Shown in pieces: positions 60,003 to 64,000 of a DNA stretch of 64,000 bases (its first letter is position 1; each line of letters starts with the position of its first letter). The notes under the pieces are model-generated. The model had not been told where the DNA came from. It saw nothing but the letters and a program-made list of their open reading frames with translations, and did no database searches. The stretch covers positions 768,001 through 832,000 of the forward strand of contig CAWCRS010000005.1 of NCBI GenBank assembly GCA_963798085.1. Direction: 5' to 3'. This stretch comes from an uncultured Gemmatimonadales bacterium. GTDB taxonomy: Bacteria > Gemmatimonadota > Gemmatimonadetes > Longimicrobiales > RSA9. The position numbers and the translations under genes were made by a program.

Positions 60003-60327
60003 CCGTTCGCTCAATGCACGTTCCGCCGCGCCATGCAGCAGCGGGCTCTCTTGCTGGAGACCGCCCCTGTGCGCTGCGTTCATTGCCTGATGAGCGGCCC
60101 ACCGCGCGCCGGCGCCGGGGAGAGCACCGACAGCCACTGGAAGCCAGGGCAATAACGTCTGATCGGCGACTGCCGCAATATCACTGGATAAAACGCATTG
60201 GCAGGCGATGCAGCAACAGCAGAGTGTTAGGTATTACAATATTCCTGACATTGCCATAGGGGAAATCCTGACAGGCCGGCCGGTGCATGCTGTCAGAGCG
60301 CGCGCCGGCCGGAGGGTTGCGGCGGCT

Positions 60328-60723
60328 TCAGGGCTGCGGCGCGATGCGGAAGCCGAACTCGCCGCGCACGGCGTGACCATTGTCCGACATGGTGCGCCAG
60401 GTAACCGTGTACGCGCCGGGACCGGGAACGGCCTTGAGCGGGGCGAACACGCTGTTTTTCGCCGTCGGGCTGACGCTGACGGCACCCAGCTCGACCGCCT
60501 TGCCCACGCTGTCCGACAGCTTGATGGACGTGACCTTGATCTCCGGTGCTTCGGAGAACCACAGTTGCACCCGCTGCGGACCACTCGCCAGAACCGTGTC
60601 GCGTGCCGGCATCGACTTGAGCAGCGCCAGGTGCATGGGTGCCGGCGAAGTCCCTCGCCAGGCTATTGCGCTGGCCGCGGCCAGTAGCGCGGGCAACCAC
60701 AATCTGTGGCCGGAACGTGCCAT
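60328..60723 (-). CDS. copC: Copper resistance protein CopC
   Basis: Signal peptide, H-LALLKSMPA, LWFSE, GAYTVTWR..SD(N)GH..GEFGF. Confidence 0.85.
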   Translation of the reverse strand: MARSGHRLWLPALLAAASAIAWRGTSPAPMHLALLKSMPARDTVLASGPQRVQLWFSEAPEIKVTSIKLSDSVGKAVELGAVSVSPTAKNSVFAPLKAVPGPGAYTVTWRTMSDNGHAVRGEFGFRIAPQP

Positions 60724-60969
60724 CGTTTCATCACTCCGCGTGAGGATCGGGCTCGGGCGCCCCGCAACGTCCTCAGCCACGCGGGCTGGCGCAAGGGGCC
60801 TGGCCTGCAGGAGAACCCCGGCCGGGCCATTGGGTTCCGGGGGTCTGCGGCGGGGCTTCCGTCTTCAGGAACACTGGCACCGGCTGTAACACGCAGGGCA
60901 TGTGCTCTGATCGGGGATGGATGATGCAGCGGCGAGGTTGTGTAACGGATGGCAGTCGACGAAGCGCTG

Positions 60970-63132
60970 TCAGTGTCCCGACGCGACCATTTCGCCCGGG
61001 CGTGGCGCGCGTCCGGGTGCGCCGCCCGGACCCGCGACCAGCATGCGAAACTCCGGTTCCGGCACGGGTCGGCCAAACAGGTAACCCTGCATGCGGCGCG
61101 CACCGCAGGCCAGCAGGCGATCGCGCTGCGTGGCGCTCTCCACACCTTCAATGACCAGCTCGATCCCCAGTCGCTGCGCGAGGCCAATCATGGTCTCGAC
61201 CACGGCGGCGTGCGTGTCGTTGGTCAGGAAATCCGCAGCGAATGAGCGATCCAGCTTCAGGCAATCGACGGGGAAGCGCGTCAGATAGCTCAGCGACGAG
61301 TAGCCAGTGCCGAAGTCGTCCATGGCCACGCGATAGCCGCGCGCCTTGAGCGCGTTCACCGCATTCACGCCTTCGCTGGCGGCGTGGATGAGGACGGTCT
61401 CGGTGATCTCGAATTCGATGTGGCTGCGTGGAGCGCCGGAGGCCGCCACGGCGGCGTCCAGCATGTCGACAATGCCGGGATCGCCCAGCTGGCTGCCTGA
61501 CAGATTGATGGCCATGCGCAGGTCGCTGAGGCCCGCGTCGTGCCATTCCTTCAGCTGTGTTGCGGCGGTGCGTACGATCCACGGCCCCAGTTCCCGAATG
61601 AGCCGCGTCTGCTCCAGCGCATTGATGAAGAGGGCGGGACCGACCAGGCCACGTGTCGGGTGCTGCCAGCGCAGCAGCGCCTCGGCTCCCAGAATCCGGT
61701 TCGTCGCCGCATCCACCTGGGGTTGATAGTACAGGCGGAACTCTGCGCGCCCGACGGCATCGACCAGCATGCTCTCCAGCATGCGGCGCTCCAGCGTGGC
61801 TGCGCTCAGCTGCGGGCTGTAGAACTCGAAGGTATTGCGGCCCTGGTCCTTGGCGTGGTAGAGCGCGGTGTCCGCGTTCTTCAGCAGCTCGTCCACGTCG
61901 GCGCCATCCTGCGGGAACACGCTCACGCCGATGCTGGTGGACACGCGTATTTCTCCATCCTGCGTGCTCACCGGGCGACCCATGACCTCCAGAATGCGCA
62001 GCGCCACGCTGGCGGCGTCATCCGGCTTCGCCAGGTCGGTAATGGCAAGCAGGAACTCATCGCCACCGAGCCGGCCCACGGTGAAGGCATCGGACTCGCC
62101 GGAGCGCATTGCGGGATCGTAATCGCGTGTTACCTGACGCAGGCGATTGGCGACCTGCTCCAGAACGCGGTCGCCGGCGCGATGGCCCAGCGTGTCGTTG
62201 ATCTCCTTGAAGCCGTCCAGATCGAGGAACATCACAGCGACGTGCTTCTGCACGCGTGCGGCGCGCGTGAGCGCCTTCCTGAGCAGATCGGTGAACAGCG
62301 TTCGGTTGGGCAGGCCGGTCAGCGTATCGTAGAACGCCAGTGTTCGCACCCTGGCTTCCGCTTCCACGCGCTCGGTGATGTCCTGCAATGTGCCGGTGAC
62401 GCCGGCGATCGAGCCCTTGTCGTCCAGCAGCGCGGCCCCCTGCGTGCGCAGGAAGCGGGTGGCGCCTTCGCTCGTGGTCACCCGGTGGTCGAGGCCGAAG
62501 CTGCTGGCCGTGCGCAGTGCCGATTCCAGGGCGTTCGTGAGGCGGCCTGCATCTTCGCCCGGCACGCGAACCAGGAATTCATTGAGGGTGATCGTGGGGG
62601 TGGCGGCGCCCAGCAGACGGGCCGCTTCCGCAGAGAGCCCCATGTGCCCGGTCGCCAGGCTGTAATCCCAGTTGCCGAGCCTGGCAATGCGTTGTGCGTT
62701 CTCCAGGCGGGTTTCGCTGGTGCGCAGATCCCTGAAGGCCCGTGCGGCGCGCAGCAGATAGCGCACGCGATTGCCCAGCAGCGTGGGGTTCACGGGCTTG
62801 GATGCGAAATCGGTGGCACCGGCATCGAAAGCGCGATCCAGCGCTTCCGTGTCTTCCAGTCCGGTGAGCACCATGATGGGCAGATCCCTGAAGCCCGGCG
62901 TGCCGCGCAGTGCAGCGCACACCTCGAAGCCGTCCAGCCCGGGCATGAGCACGTCGAGGAGCAGCAGATCGGGCAGCAGTTCGAGAGCCCGCGTTACCGC
63001 TTCGCGACCGTCGCCTGCTTCCGCGACGCGCAGTCCATCGCCCGAGAGCAGCTCGACGATCACCAGGCGGGTCGTGGGATCGTCGTCCGCCACGAGCACG
63101 AGGGGCGGGGCCCGGTCTACGTGGCGGAACAC
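60970..63132 (-). CDS. Response regulator with PAS, GGDEF and EAL domains
   Basis: LVADDD, LLDVLMP, KP; DTLTGLPNR, DLDGFK, RLGGDEF; YQP, EALLRW, EITE, DDFGTGYSS, EGVE. GTG start at 63132. Confidence 0.95.
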   Translation of the reverse strand: MFRHVDRAPPLVLVADDDPTTRLVIVELLSGDGLRVAEAGDGREAVTRALELLPDLLLLDVLMPGLDGFEVCAALRGTPGFRDLPIMVLTGLEDTEALDRAFDAGATDFASKPVNPTLLGNRVRYLLRAARAFRDLRTSETRLENAQRIARLGNWDYSLATGHMGLSAEAARLLGAATPTITLNEFLVRVPGEDAGRLTNALESALRTASSFGLDHRVTTSEGATRFLRTQGAALLDDKGSIAGVTGTLQDITERVEAEARVRTLAFYDTLTGLPNRTLFTDLLRKALTRAARVQKHVAVMFLDLDGFKEINDTLGHRAGDRVLEQVANRLRQVTRDYDPAMRSGESDAFTVGRLGGDEFLLAITDLAKPDDAASVALRILEVMGRPVSTQDGEIRVSTSIGVSVFPQDGADVDELLKNADTALYHAKDQGRNTFEFYSPQLSAATLERRMLESMLVDAVGRAEFRLYYQPQVDAATNRILGAEALLRWQHPTRGLVGPALFINALEQTRLIRELGPWIVRTAATQLKEWHDAGLSDLRMAINLSGSQLGDPGIVDMLDAAVAASGAPRSHIEFEITETVLIHAASEGVNAVNALKARGYRVAMDDFGTGYSSLSYLTRFPVDCLKLDRSFAADFLTNDTHAAVVETMIGLAQRLGIELVIEGVESATQRDRLLACGARRMQGYLFGRPVPEPEFRMLVAGPGGAPGRAPRPGEMVASGH

Positions 63133-64000
63133 GGAACGCCTCCCCCGGCCAGCTCGCTCAACTCTGCGGCCACGTGCCGGAACTCCGTCTCCAGCCGAGC
63201 CAGCATGGCGCTGTCGAGCCGGGCCAGCTCGCCGTGCGCGGCCAGCGCTTCCGCCTCGGCGCACGACTGCGCCAGAGCGGTGGCGCCTAACAGCTTGCTC
63301 GAACTCTTCACGGTGTGGGCCATGCGCCGTACCTCCGCGCTGTCGCCGCGCTCCAGTGCGGCGCGCAGTTCGGCCAGCCTCGCGGGTGTGTCACGCACGA
63401 AGGTGTCGATGATCCTGGGCAGTACGTCCACGCCGTCGCGGCGCAGTCCGCGCAGCGGACCCAGTACCTGCGCATCCACGTGGCGCCCGCCATTGGGAGC
63501 CGGTGCCGCCAGCGGCGCGCCGCCGGGCGGCGCGGCTTCGCCGTGCCGGTTCTGGTGCGTCCACTTGCGCAGCATTCTGCAGCAGCTCGGCGCGACGCAC
63601 GGGCTTGGACAGGTAGTCATCCATGCCTACGGCGAAGCAGCGCTCGCGCTCCTCGCGCATGGCGGCCGCAGTCAGCGCAATCACCGGCGTGCGCGCACCG
63701 CCCCGCTCCGCTTCCAGGCGCCGGATCTGCACGGCCGCTGTGTAACCATCCACGCCGGGCATCATGCAGTCCATGAGCACGGCGTCGAAGCTGCCCTTCT
63801 CGAACTGCTCGACCGCCTCGCGCCCGTCGCGCGCCACGGTGACCGTGCAGCGAAAGCCTTCGAGGAATGCCTGCGCCACCTGCAGGTTGATCTCGTAGTC
63901 CTCGACGAGCAGAACACGGGCATCCAGCCGCTCATCCAGGGCGGGCGGTGCGCTCGCCGGGGCGCGGCTGCCCGGTGTTTCGCGGAGCAGCTTGGCCAGC
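63117..64000 (-). CDS. C-terminal REC + Hpt part of a hybrid sensor kinase (partial); frameshift near 63575
   Basis: VLLVED, LMDCMMPGVDG, IALTA, DYLSKP, then AHTVKSSSKLLGA (Hpt) in the next frame. Confidence 0.88.

Overview
A 64 kb stretch of very GC-rich bacterial chromosome. Gene content suggests Gemmatimonadota (inference from the ADOP permease, carboxypeptidase-like/plug proteins, fused E1 and minor-pilin cassette). It holds about 50 genes. The main blocks are: a peptidoglycan-recycling operon (murQ-anmK-HEAT lipoprotein-nagZ-GT-C membrane protein-Na+/solute symporter-amidase); ggt; an ABC exporter; ccdA; divergent speB/speA; a DedA-CoaE fusion/nrnA/TIGR00300/fur run; a fused 2-oxoacid dehydrogenase E1; cydAB; a four-gene type IV minor-pilin cassette; a class III cyclase-TPR protein; a TonB receptor-MscS-lipoprotein operon; a metallophosphoesterase plus kinase-like Omp85 pair; and a c-di-GMP/phosphorelay cluster with copC. 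No rRNA, tRNA, CRISPR array or transposase was recognised. Most notable observations: (1) a recurrent CATCG->CATTG change at conserved residues in six genes, which suggests a DNA-modification-linked consensus error; (2) an exported kinase-like Omp85 protein coupled to a lipoprotein phosphoesterase; (3) a recycling operon in which an SSS transporter and a GT-C protein stand where AmpG/MurP would be expected; (4) a DedA-CoaE fusion; (5) a dispersed inverted-repeat family. At least 8 single-base frameshifts point to an unpolished long-read assembly, so those genes are not called pseudogenes. All family calls come from motif recognition by eye, not database searches.
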